Of a DNA stretch of 64,000 nt, positions 1-25,288 are shown piece after piece. Origin of the DNA: the human T2T-CHM13v2.0 reference genome, Homo sapiens. The translations under genes were made by a program, and so were the position numbers. Under the pieces are notes generated by a model. It was not told where the DNA came from, did no database searches, and saw only the letters and a list, made by a program, of their open reading frames with translations. The DNA is taken from assembly GCF_009914755.1 (NCBI RefSeq), contig NC_060943.1; one strand, given 5' to 3'. Within the stretch, counting starts at the first letter, position 1. Each line of letters starts with the position of its first letter.

Positions 1-111
<111 letters not shown>

Positions 112-262
112 TGAGGAAGGCAGGCTTAAGGTTCCAGGCGGGAAATGATTTTGGCTGGACCTGGGCAGGGCCATGGAGAGGGGAGAGGAAGCAAGAGAAG
201 TTTCAAGGAAGTCCTGATGGTCTCACCTCCATCTCTCCTCCCACACGGCTGTCCTTCCACAG

Positions 263-463
263 ATGTGCCACCTGCTGGAGTATTTCTGTGACCAAGAGCT
301 GCAGCACCGTGTGGAGTCCCTGGCAGCCTTTGCGGAGCGCTATGTGGACAAGCTCCAGGCCAACCAGCGGAGCCGCTATGGCCTCCTCATAAAAGCCTTC
401 AGCATGACCGCAGCAGAGACTGCAAGACGTACCCGCGAGTTCCGCTCCCCACCCCAGGAACAG
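263..463 (+). CDS. RYR1: RYR1 exon 36 ([10 protein letters not shown]...SPPQEQ)
   Basis: ag|ATG...CAG|gt; 201 nt. Confidence 0.96.
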
Positions 464-807
464 GTCATCTGACCCCTGACGCTGGCCACTTTTACTGTCT
501 AAACCCCAACCTCAACATCTCCTGACTCTGATCACTGAGGACCCTCAACCTCTAAACCCGTGCTTGACCCCTGACCCTAGTGATACATTTATCTCCTACT
601 CTCTGAATCAACCTGACCTCTGAGTCACCTCAGACTGATGCTGACTCTTTTCAAACCTCTGGCCCTAGTCTCCCAAATAGTCTTCATTAACTCACACTTC
701 GACTCATGACCTTAGACATGGACTAACAATTGCATCTTCTATCTCTGATCTCAGAGTTCCTGCTTTGGGATCTCAGACCCTCATTCTAATCTTTGACCTT
801 CCCCTAG

Positions 808-919
808 ATCAATATGCTATTGCAATTCAAAGATGGTACAGATGAGGAAGACTGTCCTCTCCCTGAAGAGATTCGACAGGATTTGCTTGACTTTCATCAA
901 GACCTGCTGGCACACTGTG
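808..919 (+). CDS. RYR1: RYR1 exon 37 ([10 protein letters not shown]...LLAHC)
   Basis: tag|ATC...TGTG|gtaagg; 112 nt, frame continuous. Confidence 0.96.
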
Positions 920-1029
920 GTAAGGAGTGGGGATCAGAGAGTCCTCCCCATGCTAACTTTCTCTCGAGACCTCTCCAGAAGTTTCCCTAAGATTTCCTGA
1001 CAACCCTCTACAGTATCGGTGCTATGTAA

Positions 1030-1275
1030 CTATTGGTTGAATGAATGAATGAGTGAGTGAATGAATGTGTTAGTGAACAGTTAGACAATGCGTGTTTATA
1101 TGGGTATTTGGGTGGATGGCTATAAGCCAGATAAATGAATGGGTATGTGAATTGATGGATAGAAGAAGTGGGTAAAAAATGGCTGGCTGGATAGATGGAA
1201 GGATGAAGAGAAGGATGGATGGATGGTTGAGAACTGGGTGGAGAGATGGCTGGCTGGGTGGAAGGACAGATGGAT
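1030..1275 (+). repeat. degenerate (TGAA)n/(TGGA)n simple repeat, probably L2-tail derived
   Basis: gttgaatgaatgaatgagtgagtgaatg...ggatggatggatgg. Confidence 0.6.
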
Positions 1276-1282
1276 GACCTCC

Positions 1283-2200
1283 ATAGTTTCTGATGAGAAG
1301 TCTGCTGATAGTCTTACTGAGATTCCCTTGCACATGATGAATTATTTTTCCTTGGCTGACTTTTAAGATTTTCTCTTTGTCTTTGCCTTTCAACAATTTA
1401 GTATGACGTGTCTAGGTGTAGAGCTCTTTGAATTTATCCTGTTGAAAGTTTGTTGAGTTTCTTGGATATATACTTACTTTTTATCAAAGTTGGAATATTT
1501 TTGACAATTATTTATTCAAATACTTTTCTGCCCCTTTCCTCTTCCTCTGGGACTCTCATTATGCATATATTGGTACACTTGATGGCATCCCACAGGTCTC
1601 TGAGGATTTCTTTCATTTTGCTTTTTTTTTTTTTTTGAGACGGTCTCACTCTGTCACCCAGCAGGAGTGCAGGGGCACAATCTTAGCTCACTGCATCCTC
1701 TGCCTCCTGGGCTCAAGCCATCCTCCTACCTCAGCCTCCAAAGTAGCTGGGAGAACAGGTGTGTGCCACCACGCCTGGCTAATTTTTTAATTTTTTTATA
1801 GAGTCGGGGTTTTGCCATATTGCCCAGGCTGGTCTTGAACTCCTGGGCTCAAGCAATTTGCATGCCTGGGCCTCCCAAAGTGCTGGATTACAGGTGTGAG
1901 CCACTGCACCTGGCCCATTTTTCTTCATTCTTTTACTTTTCTGTTCTTCAGGCTAGACAATCTCTATGTCCTATCTTCAAGTTCACTGACTGTTTCTCCT
2001 ATCAGCTCAAATATGCTGTTGAACCCCCCTAATAATTTTTTATTTCAGTTATTTTATTTTTCAACTCCAGAATTTCTATATTTTAACAGTCTGCCTTTTT
2101 ATTAGTATTCACTACTGGATAAGTCACTATTATGATATTTCCTTTTAATTCTTCAGACATGGTTTCCTTTAGTTCTTTGAACATATTTGCAAAATTGATT
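1283..2200 (-). mobile_element. old L1 (L1M-type) fragment interrupted by an antisense Alu (1622-1916)
   Basis: T-rich antisense L1-like text (tttctgatgagaagtctgctg...ttttaagattttctctttgtctttg); family assigned from memory. Confidence 0.7.
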
Positions 2201-2202
2201 TA

Positions 2203-2382
<180 letters not shown>

Positions 2383-2676
2383 CTACAGAAAAAGATACAA
2401 AATTAACAGGGCATGGTGGCATACACCTGTAGTCCCAGCTACTCAGGAGGCTGAGGTAGGAGGATGGCTTGAGCCTAGGAGGCAGAGGTTGCAGTGAGTT
2501 GACATCATGCTACTGCTCTCCACTGCAACAGAACAAGACACTGTCTCAAAAAAAAAAAAAAAAAGGAAATGAAAAACTCCATGCATGCATGCACATATGC
2601 ACAAATAAATGAGTGTGTAAGCAGGTGAATAAGCAAACTAATGAATGACATTTCCCGCCTTCTTGACCACTTCCAG

Positions 2677-3092
<416 letters not shown>

Positions 3093-3752
3093 CTAAAAAT
3101 ACAAAAATTAGCTGGGTGTGGCGGTGCATGCCTGTAATCCCAGCTACTTGGAGACTGAGGCACGAGAATTGCTTGAATGCAGGAGGTGGGGGTTGCAGTG
3201 AGCCCAGATTGCGCCACTGCACTCCAGCCTGGGTGACAGAGCGAGACTCTGTCTCAAAAAAAAAACAAAAACAAAGATGCATGCTGGAGGTTTGCCTCCA
3301 GAGATGGGGGCTGTAGAACGTGTGTGTTGGACCAGGGTGACACAGCCTACCAGCTTAGTGGCAAACCTCTAACTAAGGGATGGCGGTAACCCTGAACCAC
3401 TGTGGCTTCCGTGGCCTTGGGGCTTCTCTTTTCTTTCTTGATGAGAGGATTACCATGCTGAGGGATTAGACAAGCAGCTATCATTAATGTTGGGCCAATG
3501 TGTTATTTTGCAAACTGTATATTAGCCACATCTAACAAGGACAGATTTCCTGACGTTGGTACAGGTTTTATCCCACAACATTCAGGAAACTTTTATGGGG
3601 CCAACTATGGGCCAGGCACTGTTACCAGGGCTGGGAAATACAGCCGAGGGGGGAAAGTCAAAGCCCCTGCCCACGAGTTTAGATTTTTTCTTTTTCTTTT
3701 TCGTTTTTTTTTTTTTTTTTGAGGCAGGGTCTCACTGCGTCGCCCAGGCTAG

Positions 3753-4157
<405 letters not shown>

Positions 4158-4327
4158 TAGGGTGAACAGAACAGAGAGATTCTTGGGCGAATAGAAAAAA
4201 GTTTGCCAGGCTGGGCACAGTGGCTCACACCTATAACCCTAGCCCTTTGGGAGGCCACAGTAGGAGGATCACTTGAGCCCGGGAGTTCGAGGCTGAAGTG
4301 AGCTGTGATAGCCCCACAGCACCCTAG

Positions 4328-4813
<486 letters not shown>

Positions 4814-4940
4814 TGAGACACCGCCCTTCCCCCTTACTTTGCATATCCCCTTGGGTAATGAATACCCTCAGGATACAATAACATTCCCTTCCCCAACTTC
4901 TGGCCCATCCTCTGGGTGATCTCAGTCTCTCGATGGCTAG

Positions 4941-5375
<435 letters not shown>

Positions 5376-5514
5376 TAAAACCGGGGAGAGCCAAGCCTAC
5401 TCTGAAGGGTTGTGCTGTGGCTTCAGTGAGCTCATGCGAATAATAATAATTATGGTAGCAGTATTGAGCACTCATTGTCAAATAAATCTCATTCACACAG
5501 TAAACATTTATTAA

Positions 5515-5703
<189 letters not shown>

Positions 5704-5773
5704 TAAATTTTTTTGTAGAGGTAGGGTCTTGCTATGTTGCCCAGGCTGGTCTTGGACTCCTGGGCTCAAGTGA

Positions 5774-6265
<492 letters not shown>

Positions 6266-6297
6266 TGAGTTCAGATCTGTAAAGGCGGTGGTGCTAG

Positions 6298-6728
<431 letters not shown>

Positions 6729-7046
6729 GTGAGAACCCCCGAGCCCAGGGGCTGTCCCCCAGAACCCACTCCTGGCACCCCGTCCAGGCCTGCCCCACTT
6801 TCCACCAGCTCACTCATTCAACAAACACTCCCTCTCAACTGTGGTTCTGGCCCTGTAATGAGTAATGCTGGGGACACAATAGTGACCCCAATAGTGACAG
6901 CCCAGAGTGGTCAGAGCTTGGATGAGGGAAGTACAGACCAGAGGAGGCACCTGATCCAGGCTGGAAAAAGGGTGGTCAGGGAGGGCTTCCCAGAGGAGGC
7001 GAGACAAGCAGGAGTGAGATGTTCTCCCCACCTCTCGCCCCTGCAG

Positions 7047-7141
7047 GCATGCAGGGCTCCACGCCCCTGGACGTGGCTGCTGCCTCCGTCATTGACAACA
7101 ATGAGCTGGCCTTGGCATTGCAGGAGCAGGACCTGGAAAAG
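7047..7141 (+). CDS. RYR1: RYR1 exon 42 ([11 protein letters not shown]...QDLEK)
   Basis: cag|GC...AAG|gtgtgg; 95 nt. Confidence 0.97.
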
Positions 7142-7319
7142 GTGTGGAGGGCAGGGCTGGGCCCCAGGCCTAAGGGAGGAAATCGGGCCGCTACCCGGCT
7201 GCTTGGGACACCTGCTGATTCCAAACTCATTCTGGGGGGCAATTCTGGATGGTCCAGTGCCCAACCAGAAGGAGACTAATTTGCAGGGAGAGAACGGCAC
7301 CCAGTTGTTCATTCATGGG

Positions 7320-7520
7320 ATGCTTCCTGGCTGTGGGCCGGTCCGCACTCCACGCTTCCCGTCTGGGGGCAGGTCCACAGTCTACGCTTCCGGGATGGGG
7401 GCGGATCCGCACTCTAACTTCCAGGCTGGGGGCGGATCCGCAGTCTACACTTCCGGGCTGGGGGCGGATCCGCACGCTACGCTTCCGGGTTGGGGGCCGA
7501 TCCACAGTCTAGGCTTCCAG
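7320..7520 (+). repeat. about 6 x 32-bp GC-rich minisatellite (ATCCGCAGTCTACGCTTCCGGGCTGGGGGCGG)
   Basis: unit starts at 7341, 7373, 7405, 7436, 7468, 7500. Confidence 0.9.
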
Positions 7521-7804
7521 CCAGGTGGCCTTGGCACATTTCTTCGCTCTCCGAGCTTCCACTTCTGTGTACAGTGGTGAAATGCGTGGGCTCCAGACTT
7601 CAGCAACTTTGCTTCTGCTCCCCTCGCTCCCTGGCTGTGTGGCCTTGGATAAGTGACTTAGACTCTCCAGACCCCTGTTGTCTCATCTGTACAATGAATG
7701 TAGTCATAGAAACGACTTCATGGAGTCATTCTGAGGATTAAATGAATTAATCCAGTAAAGTGTTTGTAAAGGGGCAGTCAGTAACGTTAGCTGCTGTTAT
7801 ATTA

Positions 7805-8600
7805 TCATTCAACAAATATGTAGTGTTAGCTTACCATATGCAAAGCAGTAGCAATATGACAGTCAAAAATCCCTGTCTGGCCAGGCAAAGTGGCTTACAT
7901 CTATAATCCCAGCACTTTGGGAGGCCGAGGCAGGAGGATCACTTAAGCTCAGGAGTTTAAGACCAGCCTGGACAATATAGGGACACCTTGTCTCTACAAA
8001 AAATACAAAAAGTAGGTGGGTGTAGTGGCACGTAACTGTAGTCCCAGCTACTCAGGAGGCTAAGGTGGGAGGATTTGATAGAGCCTGCGAGGCTGAGGCT
8101 GCAGTGAGCTATGGTCACACCACTGCACTTCACCTCAGGGACAGAGCGAGACCCCTTAAAAAAAAAAGTGGCCAGAGAAAGCCTCATTGAGAAAGTGACA
8201 TTTGTGTAAAGCTCTGAAGGAAGGTGACAGGTCAGGTGGTCATCATGGGGAAGAGCATTCTAGGCAGCGGGAACAGCCAGTGCAAAGGCCCTGAGGCAGG
8301 AGCAAACCTCATAAGCTGGAGGAACAGCAGAAAGACAGCTGTGGCTGGAGCAGAGGTAGTGAGGGTGAGGGCAGGAGGTGACAGGTGGGTCATGTGGCAT
8401 CTCATCGGTCACAACAAGGGCTCTGGCTTTTACCCTGAGTGAGAGGAGGCCAGGATTCTGAGCAGAGGAGGGACGTGACCTGACTCAGGTGTTCACAGGG
8501 TCCCTCTGGCTGTGTGTGGGGAACAGATTGAGGGGAAGGCAGAAGGACAGAAGGACAGGGAGGAGGCTCGTGTTGTGGTCCAGGTGGGAGACAAGGGTGG
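7805..8600 (-). mobile_element. L2 fragment interrupted by an Alu (7879-8167, +)
   Basis: tcattcaacaaata...; gggaacagccagtgcaaaggccctgaggcagga, typical antisense L2. Confidence 0.75.
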
Positions 8601-8607
8601 ACAGAAC

Positions 8608-9154
8608 CGCTACAGGAAAGGGGTCTGGATCCAGGCCCAAAGAGAAGGTTCTTGGATCTCATGTAAGAAAGAATTCAGGGCAACTCCATAGAGTAAAGTG
8701 AAAGCAAGTTTATTAGGAAAGTAAAGGAATAAAAGAATGGCTAATCCATAGACAGAGCAGCCCCAAGGGCTGCTGGTTGCCCATTTTTATGTTATTTCTT
8801 GATGATATGCTGTTTAGCATAACAAGGGGTGGATTATTCATGCCTCCCCTTTCTAAACCATGTAGGGTAACTTTCTGATATTGCCATGACATTTGTAAAC
8901 TGTCGTGGCGCTGGTGGGAGTGCAGCAGTGAGGATGACCAGAGGTCACTCTCGTTGCCATCTTGGTTTTGGTGGGTTTTGGCCGGCTTCTTTACTGCAGC
9001 CTATTTTATCAGCAAGGACTTTATGACCTGTATCTTGTGCCAACCTTCTATCTTGTTCTGTGACTTAGAATGCCTTAACCATCTGGGAATGCAGCCCAGT
9101 AGGTCTCAAGCTCCTGTTCAAGATGGAGTTGCTGTAGTTTACAGGCCTCTGACA
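8608..9154 (-). mobile_element. MER41A-like (ERV1) solo LTR
   Basis: matches the recalled MER41 antisense consensus from ggaaaggggtc...aagcaagtttatt to ...gcctctgaca; 4-bp flanks gaac/ggac resemble a target-site duplication. Confidence 0.85.
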
Positions 9155-9273
9155 GGACCAGGGCTAATGGGCCGAGGGATCAGAGCTGAACCGGACTGAG
9201 GAGCCGCAGGGCAGGGCAGGGCAGGGCAGAGGGCTGAGCCCCAGGAGGAAGGTGGCATGGGTCTGGTCTCTGA

Positions 9274-9777
<504 letters not shown>

Positions 9778-9793
9778 TGATGGTGGCTCATGA

Positions 9794-10212
<419 letters not shown>

Positions 10213-10416
10213 TGAGCCAGGGCAGGATGGGAAGGGAGGGCAGGCACAGCCGCTTTGAACGCCTCATGCAGGCACTCGGTGACACGGAGTGAGCTCCCAT
10301 ATGTGGGTGGTCCTGGACTAGCAATGTTGGGGACACAACAGTGACCAAGACAGCCCCAGGGCCTGGTCTCACAGAGCTCCCAGTCCAATGGGGGAGACGG
10401 ACAGTGACACCCAGAG

Positions 10417-10645
10417 TGGTCAGGGCTGGGATGGGGGAGCACAGGAAGAGGGGTCGGGGCTGGGATTGCAGGGCACACGGAGAGGACTCAGGATGGGGAT
10501 GGGGAACACAGGGAGAGGGGTCAGGATGGGGATGGGGTCACAGGGATAGGGGTCGGGGCCAGGATGAGGGGTCGCAGGGAGAGGGGTCAGGATGAGGTTG
10601 GGGGGAACAAGGAGAGAGGTCGGGACTGGGGTGGGGGGGCACAGG
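10417..10645 (+). repeat. degenerate about 33-bp G-rich tandem repeat
   Basis: recurring caGGGAGAGGGGTCAGGATGGGG units. Confidence 0.65.
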
Positions 10646-10741
10646 CAGAGGAACGAGGGCTGGAAACTCTAGACAGCCTCCTGAGAAAGAGGCCTGCTCT
10701 ACCCTCCTGTGTGGTAAGGGAGGGAGCAGAGCAGTCACTGA

Positions 10742-11323
<582 letters not shown>

Positions 11324-11404
11324 TGAAAACGAAGAAACACTGAATTCCGATGAAGGGTGAGTAGGAATCTCCAAGACCTCCAGTTATAAGAAATCATCAT
11401 TTGA

Positions 11405-12345
<941 letters not shown>

Positions 12346-12693
12346 GATGAAAAAGAATGTATTACAGGAAGAAAGATGAGGGTTAGAGAGGAGATAAGCG
12401 TGCAGACCATTGATATTTACAGAAGAGCCAAATCTGTAATGGGGTTCATTAATCTCATCGACCAGTTGTGTGTGTTTGAAATTTTGCATAATCCAAAGTA
12501 GTAAGTGGTGGGGTGGGGGCTGTGGGCATAGGGGTGTGGGCATAGGGTGGGAGGAGGGTGGTAGAGATTGGGAGGAGCAGGTTTTGGGGGAGTCATCAGA
12601 AGCTTGGATCCTTTGGCCACAGTCGCTCAAGACAGGTGCCAGAGCAGCCCCAGGGGTGTGCAGCGGGCCTGATGTCCTCACCCTGCGCCCTAG

Positions 12694-13169
<476 letters not shown>

Positions 13170-13295
13170 TAGCATCTCATTTCCAGGCCGCACCCACTGG
13201 TTTGCTCTTCCCTCCTACTGCGGGGCTCATTTGTGTCGGCACTGCCCAGCCCAATAAACCTGCACTAGTTAGGGCAGCGTCCCCGTAGAAATCTC

Positions 13296-14280
<985 letters not shown>

Positions 14281-14400
14281 AACCCACACCTCCTTCATAA
14301 TTTAAAAGCACTGGCATGCCTGTGTCTCTCTGGGCCTTCGTCTGCCTGCCATTCGCTGGTGCCCCCCTCATTTGTGTGTCCCCCTCTTGTTCCCACCCAG

Positions 14401-14541
14401 CTCCTCACCAACCACTATGAGCGCTGTTGGAAGTACTACTGCCTACCCACGGGCTGGGCCAACTTCGGGGTCACCTCAGAGGAGGAGCTGCACCTCACAC
14501 GGAAACTCTTCTGGGGCATCTTTGACTCTCTGGCCCATAAG
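14401..14541 (+). CDS. RYR1: RYR1 exon 50 ([14 protein letters not shown]...SLAHK)
   Basis: cag|CTC...AAG|gtctgg; 141 nt. Confidence 0.97.
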
Positions 14542-14847
14542 GTCTGGGCAGCAGGGAGCCCCAAAATGGCCTATGTGGAGGGTTTGGGGCCCAAAATTGG
14601 GGGTCCAGAGTGAAATCCCTCAATTTTGGGGGGTTCAAGGAGGAGAAGGTTCTGCAAGTTTGGATCTAGGAGGATCTATGGGTTGAGGCTTCGATTTGGA
14701 GGTTATGAAAGAGGGGGTGGACCTCTAGTTTGGGAGCTTGGAGAGGGCAATATGGGGATGATTTGAGCATACAATTGGGACTGACATTTGGGTTTCAAGG
14801 AGAGGGACCATAATTCAGGTTTGGGGTTCAGGGAGGAGGGCTGATGA

Positions 14848-15093
<246 letters not shown>

Positions 15094-15183
15094 TGAGGCC
15101 TGGGGGCTGGGAGACAGAGAGGAAGATTTCAGGGGTGGAGGGAACCCCAGCTCCAACATCTGCTGACCCTGTGCCCCCAACAG

Positions 15184-15262
15184 TGTGATCATCCCGGAGA
15201 AGCTGGACTCCTTCATTAACAAGTTTGCGGAGTACACACACGAGAAGTGGGCCTTCGACAAG
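15184..15262 (+). CDS. RYR1: RYR1 exon 52 ([10 protein letters not shown]...WAFDK; RyR repeat 3)
   Basis: cag|T...AAG|gttggc; 79 nt. Confidence 0.96.
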
Positions 15263-15489
15263 GTTGGCCTCAGGGTCCTCCTATCCAAGAAACCCTCAAG
15301 ACCCCAGCTTTCCCCCCGACCTGGTTCTTCCCTGAGGCCCCAGATCTCCCTGAGACCCCCCAGCCTTCCCTAAGACCCTTAGCTTGTTCTGGGACCCCCC
15401 CAGGATTCTCTGTCCTCGGCTCCTCCAGGGTCGCCCCGTGTGTCCCCAACTGCTGCCTCCCCCTCACCCTGCCTCCCCTCCATCTCTAG

Positions 15490-15765
<276 letters not shown>

Positions 15766-15896
15766 TGATTCCTTGGCTGTAGTAAGACTTCTCGGAGACT
15801 CAAGTGTCTAATGGGATAAGGAGATTGGGTTTGGGAGGCTCTGTTACAGAGCAGGTAAGAGACTTGAGTTGGAATCCAGACTGGACCATTGCCTAG

Positions 15897-16262
<366 letters not shown>

Positions 16263-16483
16263 TGAGATCTGGGAAAGGAGAGGGCAGGGGTCTGAAGAAC
16301 TGCAAAGGGCAGAGGAGAGAAGGATGGGGTGGTTTAGAGACAGGGCCTTAAGGAAAGGACAAGGGGTCTTGAGCCAGGGGAGGGTGGAGGGGGTAGAATG
16401 GACTAGTGGGGCCTGGGGAGGGGCTGGCCTGGGCTTCCTGCTAGCCCATCAGCCCACCTCCCATCTTCCCCTTGTCCTCTCAG

Positions 16484-16558
16484 ACCTATGATCCTCGAGA
16501 AGGCTACAACCCTCAGCCCCCCGACCTTAGTGCTGTTACCCTGTCCCGGGAGCTGCAG
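16484..16558 (+). CDS. RYR1: RYR1 exon 55 (TYDPREGYNPQPPDL...RELQ)
   Basis: cag|ACC...CAG|gtgaga; 75 nt. Confidence 0.96.
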
Positions 16559-16651
16559 GTGAGAGCCCTGATCCTTTTGGGGGGACATAGGGTGTCTTTG
16601 GGGGGGCTGGCATCCTCTGAATCTAGCCCTTGACTCTGCATCCACTCCCAG

Positions 16652-16727
16652 GCCATGGCAGAACAACTGGCAGAAAATTACCACAACACGTGGGGACGGA
16701 AGAAGAAGCAGGAGCTGGAAGCCAAAG
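16652..16727 (+). CDS. RYR1: RYR1 exon 56 ([14 protein letters not shown]...LEAK; RyR repeat 4)
   Basis: cag|GCC...AAAG|gtgagg; 76 nt. Confidence 0.96.
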
Positions 16728-16987
16728 GTGAGGGCGCCCATGCCGCCCCCACGCTACCCCCGTGGATTCACCGTGTGGTTTTGCTGATTGCCTTCATGCC
16801 CCTGAAACTCGGTTTCTCCATCTGTAGATGGGAATAATAACAGCGTTTACCACCATGGGGTAATGAGATGAGCACCAGCAAGCAATGTTTCCGTTATTCG
16901 TATCTTCTTTATCACCATAATTACGCATGCCGGGCACTGCAGGAACCACTTCAGTGAGAGTGGCCCGGGTCTTCCCCAGAGCCCTGA

Positions 16988-19150
<2,163 letters not shown>

Positions 19151-20103
19151 TGGGGTGCCCCCCAGTGCCTCTTACAGGCCACTAAGAATTACAGCTAGGC
19201 CCTACAATCCCCTCCAGTTTCCCTTAGAGACCCCCCCCAGCATTCCCCTTGAGAGCTACCCTCAGGAACCCCCAAATTCCCTCCAGGTGAGTGGCAGAGC
19301 AGGATTCGCTGTCACGTCTCACCTCAAAGCCTGCCTGCTGAGCTTCAGTGCTGCACATCCCCCTGACAATTCCCTTCCCTCTCTAGACCTCAGTTTCCTC
19401 ACCTGTGATATGGGCATATGTTCACCATAACTAGCCATGGTTCTGTTACTTACTGGGTGACCTGGGGTTAGTTACTTCACCTGAGTTTCCTCATCTGAAA
19501 AATGGGGGTTGGGAACCAACTGCACAGACCTCCAAGTTGTAAGGAGACTGTGTGAGGATGACATGTCTCACAGTGCCAAGGACATAGCAAGTGTTTAATA
19601 ATTGGAGCCAGTATTATTATTATTATTATTATTTTTTTTTTTTTTTTTTTGAGACGGAGTCTTGCTCTGTCACCCAGGTTGGACTGCAGTGGCGCGATCT
19701 CAGCTCACTGCAGGCTCCGCCTCCAGATTCACGCCATTCTCCTGCCTCAGCCTCCCGAGTAGCTGGGACTACAGGCGCCTGCCACCATGCCCGGTTAATT
19801 TTTTGTGTTTGTATTTTTAGTAGAGATGGGGTTTCACCATGTTGGCCAGGATGGTCTCGATCTCCTGACCTCGTGATCCACCCGCCTCGGCTTCCCAAAG
19901 TGCTGGGATTACAGGCGTGAGCCACTGCGCCCGGCCCAGTATTATTATTTTAATAGTATCAGTTATGACTGTCACCATTATTATTGTTTGAAATTTATTT
20001 CCATTTTGAAATTAACTCTAATTTGTTTACATTGACTTCTTGTTTCATTTGGTTCATTCATTCATTTATTGCAGATTAACTCAGTGCCATGTATTCAAGT
20101 TTA

Positions 20104-20508
<405 letters not shown>

Positions 20509-20677
20509 TCAGATGAAAGATAGGAGAAAGGTTTATCTCAAAGCCAACACAAATGACTTCATACCAATACTTTATCCCCCATCATTTCCCAACTCTGCTC
20601 CCAGCATCCTTCCCATCAGAACACCCTGGGTTCCCCAGCCTTGAACCCACTGTGAACCCTATTTGCCCTCCCTACAG

Positions 20678-20745
20678 AGGCTGTGGTCAGCAGTGGGCGA
20701 GTGGAAAAGTCCCCACATGAACAGGAGATTAAATTCTTTGCCAAG
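20678..20745 (+). CDS. RYR1: RYR1 exon 59 ([22 protein letters not shown])
   Basis: cag|AG...AAG|gtgaga; 68 nt. Confidence 0.96.
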
Positions 20746-20749
20746 GTGA

Positions 20750-21058
<309 letters not shown>

Positions 21059-21740
21059 TGACCGTCTCCTGCAAAGGCGATTGAAGGGTGACCAGCCATC
21101 CTAGTGTACCCGGGACTGAAGGGTTTCCCAGGATGTGGGACTCTCAGGCAACTTGGGACAAATCGATCACCCTGTCCAGGAAGGCCAACTCAAGGCCGGG
21201 CGTGGTGGCTCATGCCTGTAATTCCAACACTTTGGGAAGCTGAGGTGGGAAGATCACTTGAAGCCAGGAGTTTGAGGCCAGCCTGGGCAACATACTGAGA
21301 CCCCATTTCTACAAAAAATACAAAAATTAGCCGGGCTTGGTGGTGCATGCCTGTAGTCCCAGCTACTCAGGAGGCTGAGGCGGGAGGATCACTTGAACCC
21401 AGGAGTTGGAGGCTGCAGGGAGCTGGGATCGTGCCACTGTACTCCAGCCTGGGTGACAGAGCAAGACCCTGTCTAAAAAAAATAAACAAACAAAGAATAA
21501 TAAGAAAGGCTGACTCACCCCTCACCTCCCCAGCATCCCAGTTACTGCCTGTGACATTCCAGCTTGCCCATCTCTCTGCCCCTTCCCATCCCTCCTGTCT
21601 CCATCATTTGGACCCCCTCCTGGTTCCTCTCTCCTTGTCTTCTCTGTCCCTGTCTCCTCTAATTGGGTCACGCTGTCCTCGTCTCCTTGGCCTCCTCACT
21701 CGCTGTTTCTCCTGCCTTCTGTCCCTTTCTCTTTCTTCAG

Positions 21741-21790
21741 CCTCTTCTGCAAACTTGCTGCTCTCGTCCGCCACCGAGTCTCTCTCTTTG
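21741..21790 (+). CDS. RYR1: RYR1 exon 61 (LFCKLAALVRHRVSLF)
   Basis: long pyrimidine tract, cag|C...TTG|gtaagt; 50 nt. Confidence 0.96.
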
Positions 21791-22145
21791 GTAAGTGGCT
21801 CCACACCTTCGGTCTTCCTCCCTAATCTTTCTCTTCCCCACCCTGAAGAAATAGCTCCCAGGTTCTGCCTTAATTTGAACAACCTTTGTTGTTTTCTTCC
21901 CCTGGACCTGGAGACATGGACCAGGTATCCGGGGGGTAGGGCAGTGACTGAGATGCCCTGGGCCTGCCCTCAATGGAGCTCCCAGGCCAGTGGGAGAGAC
22001 AGACCTATCTCCAGACAAGGACAGCCCAGTGGGGTCAGGGCTGGGCAGGAGGAAGGCCAGGAGAGTGGTTGGGCTGGGGAGGAGGGACATTTGGAGGCGC
22101 TGTAGGAGTCTGGGGGGGTGGGGGTGCAGTAGCATTCCAACTTAG

Positions 22146-22674
<529 letters not shown>

Positions 22675-22845
22675 TGACCCAAGGGCAGGTTGCGGGGAGT
22701 CAGTGTGGCCAACACCACCCATCCGGGTGCCTGTGAGAGTCCCTGGGTGTTTGAATGTGTGGATTTCTTGCTGTAAGCAAAGCATGCAGTCAGTACCTTG
22801 GCAGGTGGCAAATGAGTTAATGAGGACGCGAGCTCAGCAGCTCTA

Positions 22846-24755
<1,910 letters not shown>

Positions 24756-25039
24756 ACCCTAAAAATATATACATTTTAAATAAAATGAAAAAGATAGCCT
24801 AAAATTGCAGCAATATTGCAGTTCTGTTTGCATTTTTCTGGAGGAAGTACCCCTCACTTTCATTATAGAGGGCCATGAGTCCTCTCCACGGAAGAAACAA
24901 CATCTAGCCTTTATTGAGTGCCTACTGTGTGCCCCGTTCTAGTGGCTTTCCAAGTAGTAACTCATTTGATACTCACGACCACCCCGTGAGGAAGGTACTA
25001 TAACTATCCCCATGTTACAGGTAGGGAAGCTGAGGCTGA

Positions 25040-25288
<249 letters not shown>

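Noticed and set aside
263-265. ATG as the gene start
   Set aside because: It is preceded directly by a pyrimidine tract and AG acceptor; it is an internal Met of RYR1.
8608-9154. MER41 LTR as an interferon-gamma/STAT1 enhancer
   Set aside because: It reads ggattattcatgcctcccc without the segment carrying the tandem GAS (TTCCNGGAA) sites of MER41B, so it is MER41A-like.
21347-22105. 252-aa ORF and the many Alu-like ORFs in the track
   Set aside because: These are Alu-derived peptides ([21 protein letters not shown]) plus pyrimidine tract, with no independent gene structure.
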